NCBI GenBank assembly: GCA_964106645.2
Contig: OZ067039.1
Direction: 5' to 3' (one strand)
DNA from: Podarcis pityusensis
Taxonomy: Eukaryota
DNA: 64,000 bases
In this document: one piece after another, positions 1 through 12,204 of the stretch
How positions within the stretch are numbered: the stretch's first letter is position 1
Layout of the letters: each line of letters starts with the position of its first letter
Notes under the pieces: generated by a model
What the model was told of the DNA's origin: nothing
What the model saw: only the letters and a program-made list of their open reading frames with translations
Databases searched by the model: none
Position numbers and translations under genes: made by a program

Positions 1-2735
1 TGAATGTTCACTGTCAGGAGCAGGAGATTTGGAGTCTGCATTTCCCAGGGTCTAATCATCTCATAGGGCAGCTGAGTGTGACTCCTTCCCCAATAATCTA
101 CTTAACTCAGTAGTTTTCCCCTCCTGTTGCCTCACAAGGAGAAAGAGGCTCCTAGGCTGTTTGCATGATAAGTAGCTTCAGACTCTCCAAGCCTTTGAAG
201 GGAAAGCTGAGAGTTAATTGTGGCAGCTTGAACTAATGGTTTCCCATGTTTACTGGTAGGTTAAGTGAGAAAGAGAGCTTGAAAAACACCCTTCATTTAA
301 GTGCAGTAATGGGCCTTATAGCGAATTTCAAGAGACAACATGTTAATAACTATTCTCTGATCTGGGGGAAAGTGTTCGCCATGTTCTAAGGCTGATGGAT
401 TTGCAGGAAGAGTATGATTAAGTACATCAGGGTTTTCTCTTGGGGAAAATTAACTGGGAGATACTCTTGTTTAACTTTTTAAACATCTGCATAACCACTG
501 TGGAGAGTTACCAGCAAGCTGAGTGACCTTTAGGTGGTAATTGATCATGTCTCACGAAAGTCCAACTCACTGCATGTAAAAATGCCTACCTTTGTATGTA
601 GGAGATACACATACCCACAGGACTCATTTTACAGGTAAACCAAATATATGCTACTCCATAACTATTGTACAATTCTGTGCTTTAGGTTTGTGCTGTTCAT
701 TTAAGTTTAGAATCATGGTTAGAAGCATTGTATTTGTCGTCAAACGGTAAAATAATTCCTGCATTTTCATGCGAAAAGCAGCCAAAGAAGTGTTAATATC
801 TTCAGCAGATTTATTAGACTGCACATAATCACGATGTCTGAAAACTTTACATAGAACTTAAATGCTTAAAAATCATCCCAGTTTCCAGGAACATTACAGG
901 ATGGTGCACCCTGGGCCACATCATAATATACAGAACTAGCACTGGTTTGAGTTACTTAGGTATTCTGGAAACCAATTTAAGGTGAATTATTTCGAGACAC
1001 TCCATTCAGGTGCGCAACATGAGCATGGAGCAATTCTGGCAGTAGACTTGTAACAGCTGTTACAAGCTGTTAGGCAACTGCGATCAAATTTGCAAGCTTA
1101 AAGGAATGACGCAAGCAACTGCGGCTGAGTGTATCATTTGTATCCCTTTTTTTCTAATAAAATTGTGGTGTGTTCTTGGAGTCCCAAATGTCTCTAAATT
1201 GCATTGTTACCCATTTTATAGATCGGTGATTCCTTAACATGGATTGATGATCTAGTAACAGGTCACAGGAGGCTTGTGGTGCTACCGCCAAAGTTTCAGC
1301 AATGAGCCTTGAAGACAAGCACAGCAAAAGGTGCTAATGGGGCTTCACTTTAGAAAGTTAGGCATGTGTTGGTGGTTCTCCAGTAGGGCTGCAGGGGTGC
1401 GACACAGAGTAGGATATATTTGGTCTTAAGTCATCTACCTGTAAAATGAGTCAGAGAGGTGTGAGATCATACTCGTGATGTGAGCTGGGAAGGGGTGACA
1501 GAGGGACCCCATTTTTTGTTTTATGGTATGAGGACAACATGCCAGCAATGCCTGATGCAATTAAAACTTAATAAAGATAAGGTGCGAGCTCATATTGGCT
1601 AGATTGAGCTCTATGGCTCTTGAAGCCAAGTTGGCATGATCTGTGCATTCTTTCAGCCCTGATGAAATGAAAAGTGAAGGAATGCTGCATGAAACAAATC
1701 AGCTTGGATACTTCAGCAAAATCTCACTTGTGTGCTTTGAGGGTGGAGGGGAATGCATCCCAGTCTGTTTGATTCTCATTGCCAAGTATTCAGTCAGAGA
1801 TGCTGGAGTCCCTTGCCTCTCTTGCATTAGGCTTGTGTTGGAACTGATGGACAAGGGTTCACCAATAGTCGCAGGACTGGAAAAGAAATGTATATCCTCC
1901 TAACTATAGGATGGCTTGAGTTGCTTAAATGAGGATTTAGGAACATAAATACTGAAGGTTCGATGATGCACTTGTGTTCTTTTGCTTTGTATAATACCTT
2001 AGCTTCTGTCTTGAAGAGTGAATATGTATTATCAGGCAGAACATAAACTAGCAGTGTGTGTGTTAGTGGAATTCTTAATATATTATTTAATATCTGCATT
2101 TCCCATGGGATGTGTGCATTAATCCATCACACAAAATCTGTTTGCTTCATAGATTTGTTCTCTTCAAGATGAAAAATTATGTAGCTGGAATTTTTCATGC
2201 TTAATTTCTCAAAAACTGATTTATGATGGCAGTGGAGCTAAGAGTTTTTCATTTGTGATAACAGGGCTATGATGGAAATAGAGAATATGAGCCTGGGGAC
2301 TGGGTAACCCATACTGAAATGTTTATTGCTGTCTTTGAAATGCAACATATTAGGTTGAAGATGTGTCTTGGTAAAAGAGAACAGAGCAGTACCAGGCCTA
2401 GGGGATATTTTTAGTCTTCCAATAACTGAATACATTAAAGAGAAATCAGTTTCATTGTCATACTGTGATCAAGAATGCAGAAGTATTCCAGGGACCACAA
2501 GACCCATAAGGATCTAATATTTTCAATATACCCTTATATTTGGGTATAGACCTTTTTTGCATTAACATGGAAAAAAACCCCAGCCAGTGTATTTCTCCCA
2601 AAATATCCTTTCTTTTTGTTGTGCTGATGTAGTCGCCTGAGTCAGGGCTCACTTTTTCTTTTGCTGAAATGTCTACGTGCCTCCTCGTATGTTGTGCATG
2701 AAGACGACAATAATTCTAGAGAAAATGTATATTCT

Positions 2736-3072
2736 GTAAAAGGTAAATGCACCCTTGACTATTAGGTCCAGTCGCAGACAACTCTGGGGTTGCGGCGCTC
2801 ATCTCGCTTTTCTGGCCGAGGGAGCCAGTGTACAGCTTCCTGGTCATGTGGCCAGCATGACTAAGCCGTTTCTGGCGAACCAGAGCAGTGCACAGAAACA
2901 CCGCTTACCTTCCCTCCGGAGTGGTACCTATTTATCTGCTTGCACTGCGTGCTTTCAAACTGCTAGGTTGGCAGGAGCTGGGACCGAACAATGGGAGCTC
3001 ACCCCGTTGCGGAGATTCGAACTGCCAACCTTCTGATCGGCAAGTCCTAGGCTCAGTGGTTTAACCCACAGC
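2736..3072 (-). mobile_element. Sauria SINE (lacertid-type), slightly 5'-truncated
   Basis: Reverse complement reads gctgtgggttaaaccactgagcctaggacttgccgatcagaaggttggcagttcgaatc...gcaagcagataaataggtacc...gtcatgctggccacatgacc...tttacctttta, matching the tRNA-derived head and ACCTTT tail of Sauria SINE. Confidence 0.9.
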
Positions 3073-3794
3073 TTATGCTACATTTGTGGGTGGGTGGTTT
3101 TTTTGTTGGTGTGGGGGGGAATAGAGACCAGGTTCCAGTAGCTTGGTTGAGAGCATGCTCAAGTGGCTGTTGCTGAACTCACAACTGGAGGTACTCGCTG
3201 TTCCAATTTGAGCAATTGTTGTGGCTCAGGAAAGGGCTTCCATGACGGCAAAATCATGGTATGGTCCCAGTAGAGGGTGCTAGTTAATACAAGCAGCACT
3301 TGCATCTCAGTGCTTCCTCAGCATGCTTCTGCATTATTGAGGGTAGGGAGGTAACCAAACTGTGCATCTCTTTAGTTATTGTCTTATCTTACTATAAAAC
3401 GTGTTTGTAAGAAAAAGGTAATCATGCTGCAGCAGTTTGCTTCTTGGCGGCCATGTGAACTGCAGCACAACGAGAGCAGGTGGAAAGAGTGAGAAAATCG
3501 TCGCAGTGAGCAAACGAGCAGGCAGCTGAGTGGCCCAAGTGGTCTTTCCCTGCTCCCCTGTCACTGCCACCAACCACCTGCTTGCTTCTTAGCTCGTTCA
3601 CATGCACAAGCAACAAGCTGAGGAAAGCCCAGGGTCCTAGCGGGGAACCTGGCTGAGCGAATGAGCAGGCGAGCCATCAGGCCTTCATGTGCTTCCTGTT
3701 GCTGCAGCCCTTTGTCTGCCATCACTGTCAAAAGGCACACTTCCTCCTCTTCATTCCTCTGTGAGGGGTGGCCAAGGAGGAAATGAGATTGTCT

Positions 3795-3945
3795 TAGAAT
3801 TGTAGAGTTGGAAGGGATCCCTGAGGATCCTCTAGTCCAACCCCCTGCAATGCAGGAATCTCAACTAAAGCATCCATGACAGATGGCCATCCAGCCTCTG
3901 CTTAAAAACCTCCAAGGAAGGAGAGTTCACCACCTTCCAAGAGAC
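3795..3945 (-). mobile_element. CR1 LINE 3'-end fragment
   Basis: tagaattgtagagttggaagggatccctgaggatcctctagtccaaccccctgcaatgcagg...ccatccagcctctgcttaaaaacctccaaggaaggagag is the typical reverse-oriented CR1 3' end. Confidence 0.75.
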
Positions 3946-5473
3946 TCTTCCCAATGTTTAGCTGGGATGCCATCTTATGAAGATGGAAACAACATTTGCT
4001 CATCTCGAGTCCACAAGGACTGTTCTCAAATATTATAGGCAGAGGCTCTGAGATTACACTTTTGGTCAACTAATATCCTTATTTGCTCACAGCTTCTCCC
4101 ATTTCATAGCCAGCAGTGGGAGCTCCTTATGTTTTTGGAGCTGCAGACCGTGGGCTATAGGCATTTGAAATTATTCTTTTCGCACAATGCTATACAGAGG
4201 CAGTTTGTATCATGTGAGTAACTTTTTTGCTTATGCTTTTTATTTATATGTTTGTCACTGAATCATGTCTGTTGTCTCTGTTGAGTTTCATTTTATTTTC
4301 AAGCTAACAGGGCTCTATCAAGTAGTAGTTATGAACACACATGAGTGTTTGTAAGGATAGAGGTATGATTGGAAATACCATAGAAAGACAAAGTAATATC
4401 TTTTGACTGGACTGCTACATGAAATGGAAATGTTTCAAAATATGCTCAAAGCAAGCAATCCTCTGATTGGAAAGGTTTGCTCTAAATGGAGGGTTTGAAG
4501 CAACTCTTCTTTCTGGAAAGAAAATAGGCCGTCTTTGAAATTCCACTTGGAAATAGCGATGCATATTATCTGGCATTGATTTCTCTTTTAGAAAAGTAGC
4601 AACAGATTATATATATATATGATGGAACCAGAAATGGAGGTCTAACAATGATAGATGAGGGGAAACACTTATCTCATTTCCTCTCATTCAGTTGGGTTAT
4701 GCATGTGGTTTGGGACCATAAACTCTAGGGATTATTTCATCATAGAGACAATAAACATTTTGGACTGAAAACTCACTACACACTTTTTCTGACTGAGTTT
4801 GACATGCAGGAATTCTCATGGACTTCTGCTTTTTATTTTCTCTTCCTCTCATTGCTTTGCCAGCCAGTTTCGGTGAAAAAGAAAAGAGTGTTTCTTACCA
4901 ACTGTTGGATTGGGCTGTGAAGATTTTGAAACTGTTGTATCTGCACATATTTATTTCTGATTGACATTCCTGTAGAGTGATTATAGCTTTAATCATTTTT
5001 AATCTTTCATACTGGAATGGTGATCATAAATAAATGCGTAAAACAATCTCAGGTGTTTCCGTGACTAAAGGATGCAGCTTGCCTTGTTTGATCTTGGAGG
5101 AGCTGTTGGGGTCAATGGTTCGTACAATAAAGTTGATGGTGGCCTTGGAGGAAAATGTTATTAAATCAAAGGTGCAGGTTGTAATCCTTCTGGGCAGACT
5201 CTATCTTGCACTTGGGATCTCTACAGTGCCTAGAAGAATGACAGTTTTAAAATGTGCACAGGCATTGATTTAGCACTAAGAACTGTTGTTTACAATACAG
5301 CCTGAGTTGGAAACTGCAGCTATTTTATCAAAGTATTATAAATCACTTAAAGCATTTTAAATCATTTAAAATATGGATAAAAATGGAAGACAAATTGCAC
5401 TTCAGACCTGAGCAACATATTGCATTTATGTGACACTAGAAATTAGACCAGAACTGGTAATTCATACAGGTTA

Positions 5474-5834
5474 GGGAGTGGGTGGCGCTGTGGTCTAAAC
5501 CACTGAGCCTCTTGGGCTTGCTGATCAGAAGGTCAGTGGTTCAAATACACACAACAGGGTGAGCTCCCCTTGCTTTGTCCCAGCTTCTGCCAACCTCGCA
5601 GTTCGAAAGCACACCAGTGCAAGTAGATAAATAGGTACTGCTGTGGCGGGGAGGTAAATGGCATTTCCATGTGCTCTGGCTTCCATCATGATGTTCCGTT
5701 GCGCCAGAAGCGGTTTAGTCATGCTGGCCACATGACCCGGAAAGCTGTCTGTGGACAAACACCGGCTCCTTTGGCCTGAAGTGAGATGAGCGCCGCGCCC
5801 CATAGTCAACTGTCCAGGGGTCCTTTACCTACCT
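5474..5834 (+). mobile_element. Sauria SINE, near full length, with target-site duplication
   Basis: gggagtgggtggcgctgtggtctaaaccactgagcc...gttcgaaagcac...gcaagtagataaataggtact...gtcatgctggccacatgacccggaaagctg...gggtcctttacctacc. Flanked by TCATACAGGTT (5462-5472) and TCATATAGGTT (5836-5846). Confidence 0.9.
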
Positions 5835-8417
5835 GTCATATAGGTTCTTGAGATTTTTTGGAGGTGCTCAGGCCCAGTCACTAATTGAAACCCCACATTA
5901 TAATTTTATATGGTTCAGAAACATAAAATTGCCAAAAAGAGAAATGAATTAAAAAACAGTGTTGCACAACATCTGCCTTTGTTTAGCTAATGGCAGGCAA
6001 AATTGTAGCAAGAGCGTCTGTCTCTGACTCGGCGCTTGTTAGTTGACAACTGTGTTGCAAATTTCATTTTTAGTTCCCGCTGGCATCCACAGGAGACACA
6101 GAAAATGTATCGGTAGCTTACACAAATAGTTTTTATCTTCCAACTTTTAAATCTGCAGGAACATTAACTTCACTTATGCCTTGCATGGTGTGTTAATTTT
6201 GACAAAGCCCTTTATGCTAGGTGGGATTTTGTAGCAGTGCTACTTTCTAGAGCAATCCAGATATTTACATTAAAAACATGTGGCTTATAAATAAGCATTT
6301 ACTATTTTATTTAGTTCTTGTGGTATGGATCCTTTAACAAAATATTGCTACTAGGTTTCCATAATTTGGTCAGTAATCAAGCAATTCCATTAAACCTGCC
6401 TTTTTTAAATATTGATTTTTTTTCAGTATGTTATCATCATGTCTGGGGCTATTGTCCATCTGTGCATCACATTTACCATTTATATACCGGTAATCACATC
6501 TTTTCAACTTCCAACTTCTGAAATTGAATGGTGCAAAGGGATGTGTTTCTTTTATCACAGATTTGACTCTGCATTTGGTGCCAAACTTGTTCTAGGAAGC
6601 CTAGACATTTTCTCAGGCTTCCTGGATAGTTTTTGTAGGTTGCTATTTCTCAGCCTCAGTGCCCCGTGTGTAAAGTGTAAGTGACCTACTTGGAACCTCT
6701 GTCACATAAGCCTAGTGGGAATTGTAAAGGGAAATTTGGAAGAGAATGTTGACTGGTTTGAATCAAAGCTGTCAACTTTTCCCTTTTCTTGCGAGGAATC
6801 CTATTCGGAATAAGGGAATTTCCCTTTAAAAAAGGGAAACGTTGACAGCTATGGTTTGAATACGACTGGCTTCTGCGGTGAATTTTAACTTGGGGTCTTT
6901 TGGAGACAATTGAATAAGGAAAAGCCTGTTCCCTTCCTTGAGATTTGGGAATTGGGCTAACAGCCAATCCAATAAGCTTACATACAGACCCTCACCATTG
7001 GATGCGACTTTCTGAGTCTTCAGCAACCACTCACCTAAGCCTGCTCTTGATAACAAAAGCGGACTAAAGAGCTAACATTGTTTCCCAAGCTGTAACATTT
7101 AAAAATGAGGTCAAAAGTAATAACGGGTCAGTTTCCTTGGTGCAGGAGGCCACATGTACACTTGAAATGTTTACACTGACACATCACTCAGGTGAAAGAG
7201 CCGGGCTGCCACAAAGTAATACAAGACCAATTCCCTAGAGAGGCAGGTGAGGGTATTTACAAATAAGCTACCTTGAGGGTGTGGAATATTGACTTAAGTG
7301 ACTGCAAAAGTGATCACCACCCAACAGGAAAATGTCAGAAAGGGAAAGGGTGAGTGCATGGGGGAAGTGTCTCTTTAACAGCAACAGCAGACTGGTTTCG
7401 GTTAGATTTATGCATTCCTCTTCTAGTTCAGTGTTGCTAAACTGGTGCTTTCCAGATGTTTTGTACTGCAACTCCATCATCCCTGACCATGAGCTGTTGT
7501 GGCTGGGGCTGCTGGGAGCTCCAAAACATCTGCAGGGCCATGTTGGCTCTCTGTGTCTTACAGTTTGTTCTCTGATGTCTGGACACTGTTAATTAATTGG
7601 AGCTTCAACAGGAAAATGAAAAAGAATAACATGGAACGGCAGCTCTCTGGTTGCAGCCAATCTTCGCTCTCAAAAACTGGTGACATTTTGCATAGCAAGA
7701 GCAACTTGCCTGGGCATCTTTATCACCCATTCCCAAGGTGTTGAAAAAGCACCAAGAGAACTGCTCACTAACTTGGCAAGACTCTGGCACTTGGAAGCCC
7801 TGCAAGGCAGGAGACAGTGCCCATCATTGTGCAGTCCTTCTGTAATGTATGTGAGTGAGTAAAACAGACCCGAGTGACTCATTTCAGGGGTACATTTCTG
7901 TTTACATTTGCCATGCACGATTTTGCATATTTTCTTTGGAGGCCTAATTTCAGTCATCATGAAAGTAACTACTTCCCTTTTTTGAGGCATAGATCTCAAA
8001 TTTGTTCTTTTCCATCCAGCTATACTAGTCTGGCTTTTCCTCCAGATTTCAATCTCAGCCCCCCTTCCTTTTCATCTTCCTCTTATATTTTAACAATTCT
8101 ACCTCTCAGGCTATTTGAGGGAGTTTCCCTAGAAATATTATGTATCACAAATTTCCATCTATGATCTTGATCTGCTTTCATTCTCTAAGAATCTTGTATC
8201 TTTTGACTACTGATTTTAAATTAACGCATAGAATCTAGCAATGAAAATGTAACGGATTTTTAAAAGGCACAGAGAAACATAGAAAAACTGAAGTATAAAT
8301 ATTCATTGTTTTCCTCCTCTTGTGCAAAGACTGTGCCTTTAGCTACGTCGCAGAGAAATGTACATCCTATCTTTCAGCATAAGTAGTGCAATAAAGAACC
8401 AAGTTCCATATGTCACA

Positions 8418-8545
8418 GGACAGCCTTCACCATTCTGATGCAGTCCAGATGTTTTGGATTACAACTTTCATCAGCCCCAGTCTCACCTGGCTCTGCTGCC
8501 TGGTGCTGATGGGAGTTGTAGTCCATCTGTAGGGCACAAGGATAG
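8418..8545. mobile_element. Short non-autonomous DNA transposon (hAT-like MITE) remnant
   Basis: Internal inverted motif ggattacaactttcatcagc...gctgatgggagttgtagtcc, typical of abundant squamate MITEs; a related copy lies at ~40395-40510. Confidence 0.6.
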
Positions 8546-8663
8546 TGAAGGGTGGCATACAAAATGGCCATCACATCTCCAAATATTTTTAGTTTTCTTT
8601 TAAAGCTAAGACTTCCCAATTGGACCGGAACACCAGCTAAACATAAAAGTAGCCTTGTTGGGG

Positions 8664-8790
8664 TCATAGAACTATAGAGTTGGAAGGGACCTTGAGGGTC
8701 ATCTAGTGCAACCCCCTGCAACGCAGACACCCTGCCCACAGCCGTCCCTGGATGGGCCCGAACCGCCTACCTTCTTGGTTAAACAGCATC
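8664..8790 (-). mobile_element. CR1-tailed short element (SINE-like or truncated CR1)
   Basis: catagaactatagagttggaagggaccttgagggtcatctagtgcaaccccctgcaa (CR1 3' tail, reversed), followed by a non-CR1 segment that reads ggttcgggccc on the minus strand, resembling a B-box. Confidence 0.55.
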
Positions 8791-9210
8791 TCTTTGTAAA
8801 ATTAACTATCAGGGAGGTGGGATGAGAATAGTAGTGGCTCAGATGATCGAGTTATTTGAGATCAGAAGTTAAGTTCCAGAACTCATTTGTGTTTTGCTAA
8901 TTACTGAAAATGTTCATATGGCATTTTTCATGTGCAAATCTCTTTTAAGCTTCTAATGTAATTTACAATCATATTGCCTTCATTAGTGGAGATGAGCTTT
9001 GTTCCCATTTCAAACTAGGGCTGAGTGAGCGGCACTTGTACAGAATCTACAAATGCCCCTTGTATTACGTCAGCTACACGGGAAGAAGCTTTTTTCTACA
9101 AGGGAAGAACTATTTTATGATGTGAAGTTGTTCTTCTAGAAACTTTAATTTTGTATTTGAGATTTATAATAATTACAGAGATAATTAGGTTTTGTTTTGA
9201 TTCCTTTCAG

Positions 9211-9278
9211 GGATGATGGTGGTGATCGTACTACTGCTGATTGCGATAGTCGTCGTTGCTGTGTGGCCCACAAAATAA
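9211..9278 (+). CDS. STX8: Syntaxin-8 final coding exon (C-terminal transmembrane tail anchor)
   Basis: Not in the ORF track. tttgttttgattcctttcag|GG ATG ATG GTG GTG ATC GTA CTA CTG CTG ATT GCG ATA GTC GTC GTT GCT GTG TGG CCC ACA AAA TAA = (G)MMVVIVLLLIAIVVVAVWPTK*, close to the human STX8 C-terminus as I recall it (GMIMVILLLLVAIVVVAVWPTN). STX8 is the known convergent neighbour of NTN1 in human. Confidence 0.93.
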
Positions 9279-10083
9279 CCAGCGGAGCTATTACTTTGGA
9301 GCCATTGCACTCTGAGGCAAGGAAAATTCGATCTCATTACTGACACTTTCTGTGGACTTGGCTGTATTTGACTCGTTCTCAGTGCACTGGCAGAAGCACG
9401 GCTGGTGGAGAAATTCATTTTGCAAAAATCTCTATCCAGTAGGACTTGATATTTTTGAGAATGTTACTGGTAGGAGGCGAATCTCCTAACAAACATCAAA
9501 GCATAAATGCAATTAATTCCAATTTCACCTGTCTCTGCTAGGTGGGATCTACAGTTAATCTCTAGAATGCCAAGCTAAGATATTGGAGTTTTTATTCTAA
9601 CATTATCTTTGAAGCTGAAATTAATACATCTTGGTTTTGAATGTCAGGGCAGTGGATCTGGTGGTGTTCAGGCAAACTGCTGCTCTGATCCATGTTCTGT
9701 TTCACATGGATATTTGCACAAACCTTTCAGATGCACATAAATCCTGGATAATCTTTGGCTTGAGACAGAACAGTTACTGCTGTTACATTTATATAGACAG
9801 GAGCAAATTGGTATTGTTTGGAAAATAAGGTGATATTTCTATCCTAAAATGCAAACACTAACACATTATGCTGTGCTGTGTAGTTTTCCTCCTAACTACA
9901 TTAATAGCAGGGAAGAAACATGATTACCTGAAGCTCCAAAATCTATATTTTAGATGAGAAATTAAAATAGTTGAGAGTAGCAATACAAAAAGTCGCTATT
10001 TAATGTTTGCTCACCTCCAGAAATCATTATTTTGCTACATATGTGCCAACTTGATTGATCAATTTACTACAATAACAAGACGG

Positions 10084-10089
10084 AATAAA
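10084..10089 (+). terminator. Candidate STX8 polyadenylation signal AATAAA
   Basis: First canonical AATAAA I found downstream of the STX8 stop (~800 nt), followed by U-rich sequence (ttttctgcccttcttttcttttctttgttttg). An ATTAAA at 9961-9966 is an alternative. Confidence 0.5.
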
Positions 10090-10627
10090 ACACTTAATTT
10101 CTGTATTACTCTTTGGGCACATCATTATTTCATTTTCTGCCCTTCTTTTCTTTTCTTTGTTTTGTTTTCCTGTGGGTCAGGGAAGTTTGAAATCTAAAGA
10201 ACTTTAAAGACTGCCTCTGGCTGTCAACCCACCTAAGCTCTGATATTTGTTGACTGCATGAATTTTGGGAAATGGTTCTATGAGAACAGTAGATTTTTAA
10301 AGAAAGCTGCATTAGGACGTGTGTGCCCACATCCAAGACAATGCAGGAAGCAGCTGTGCAAATCCTTTTATAATCAATACTTCAGTCTCCAGAGCATCTT
10401 GTTTTGGCCATGCTACAGTAAATAGTGAACCTCTAATCCACTGTTGGGAATGGGTGGTATACTGCAAAGATGAGAAATCCTAGATCAAAAAGATATCCAC
10501 TGGAAGGAGATGGGTGCATGTGCAATCATTAGCCCTTTTGTTAAAGACTCCATAGAGGTGGTTGGTTCTAGAGCTGCTCACCATATGGATGTTGCCTTAC
10601 AATAGCCAAAAACAACGTGGGAAGATG

Positions 10628-10776
10628 GGAAGCTGCCTTCTACTGAGTCAAACCATTGGTCTATCTGGTTCAGTATTGGCAGCAGCTCTCCAGGCAGGGG
10701 ACATTGTCAGTCCTACCTGGAGAGGTTAGGGGTTGAACCTTGGACTTTCTGCTTGCAACGCTCTTATCACAGAGCA
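10628..10776 (-). mobile_element. tRNA-derived SINE (squamate family with ...GGCAGCTTCC tail), degenerate
   Basis: ggaagctgccttctactgagtcaaaccattggtctatct...ctacctggagag...ggttgaaccttggactttctgcttgcaa; homologous to copies at 21440, 48452, 52984 and 60333. Confidence 0.7.
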
Positions 10777-11864
10777 AGCAAAGAATGCAAAGGAGAATTA
10801 TCATGCACAGTCATGCAGTGATCGCATAAACATGGCAGACTCTGGTGAGACATGGTCAGCAAAACTATGGATTCTGTTTGCGTTCTTCTGGAAAGTAACA
10901 GCACCACTTTCCACTGAAGATCATTCAAACATTTTGTGTTACTTATTACTGGAGGTTATCTTTTGAACCTGGGGCTGGCTGAAAGTTGTCTTTTCCATAG
11001 ATGGTTCCCCCGCCCCCGATCCCCCTTTCTAAGTTGTAATAAAGAAATGAAAGCCAAAAAGTAAGTAAAGCAGCTTTTCTAGAAAGAGATGCATTCAGCC
11101 AGATCTGTATTGGAACCCAAGTTGGTTGAACTGTGTGGTACTGAGTAAATGGAGGGAAGAGCAAGAGACATCACCAGAGTTGGGTGCTTCTTCCATTACC
11201 TGTGGTGTGGCTGGTACTCCCCCATGGCTTCCAGAAGAGCTGGTATGGAAATCTAGTGTTTCATTTCTAAAATGGTGCATGGAAGTGTCATCTTTTGAGC
11301 AGGAAGCCTATCCCTAACTTCAGATTTTGGAGAGGAGTTGCTCATGGTTCCTTGGTAGTAAAGGACTTAGTCAAGGTAAGTTCTCACTCTAATTAATCCA
11401 TGGAGCAACAACAGTTGCAGGTTGGTGTTGCCACTGGAAAAACCTAGCAGTATTTCCAAGCTTCCCAGTGGGACCACCTTTACAAGAGCAGAACATACTT
11501 ATTATCTGTGATAATGAGTAACAATACCCAATTATTTCTGCTTGGGAAGGCTGGTGTACTTCCTTCCTTGGTTCAAATATATGCAGAATAATTGGCTTTC
11601 TCAACATGAAGGGTGTTTTGAAGGTGAAAGAAAAATGCAGTTGCTTCAGAACTTCACAAAAGCCGTAGTTACAGCAGAAGCAAAATTCAGTACACATAAA
11701 AACAGCTTATGTTGTTGTGCTTGCTTGATTCTCCACTTCTGATCTAGTATTGTTGCTGTTTTTCATTACTTTTCGAAACCTTAGAGGGAACAGTTGTAAG
11801 AAATATTTGCTTATTTTCAGTGGAAGATATTGTATTCCCCGAAGCTCACAGAATCACACTGCTA

Positions 11865-12148
11865 AGTATGTAAGAGTCCTTCGGATCATACCAAAGGCCC
11901 ATCCTGTCCAGCATCTTGATTTTCACCGTGACCAGTCAGATGCTTAAGAGACGCCTACAACAGAATATGAGCACAATAATTAACTCTCACTTGTTTCCCA
12001 CAGCTCTGGTATTTAGAGGTAGACTGCCTCTGATCCTGGAGTTAATCAGGATCAGCTATCCCGATTAGCAGCATTCGATAGCCTTATATCATCCATGAAT
12101 TTGCCTAATCCCCTTTCAAAGCTAAGTTGATGGCAATTAGCACAATTT
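11865..12148 (-). mobile_element. Old CR1 LINE 3' fragment between the STX8 and NTN1 3' ends
   Basis: gtaagagtccttcggatcataccaaaggcccatcctgtccagcatc...tagcagcattcgatagccttat...ccatgaatttgcctaatcccctttcaaagc resembles the reversed squamate CR1 3' end. Confidence 0.7.
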
Positions 12149-12204
12149 GTTCATCCTGTTTCAACAGAAGAGACTGGCATAAGGTGAGTAGAAGTTTACA
12201 AGAG

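Noticed and set aside
6300-8200. Series of ORFs that might be a nested gene or pseudogene in the STX8 intron
   Set aside because: Manual translation of parts of the minus strand hit frequent stops and gave no recognisable protein; no consistent frame.
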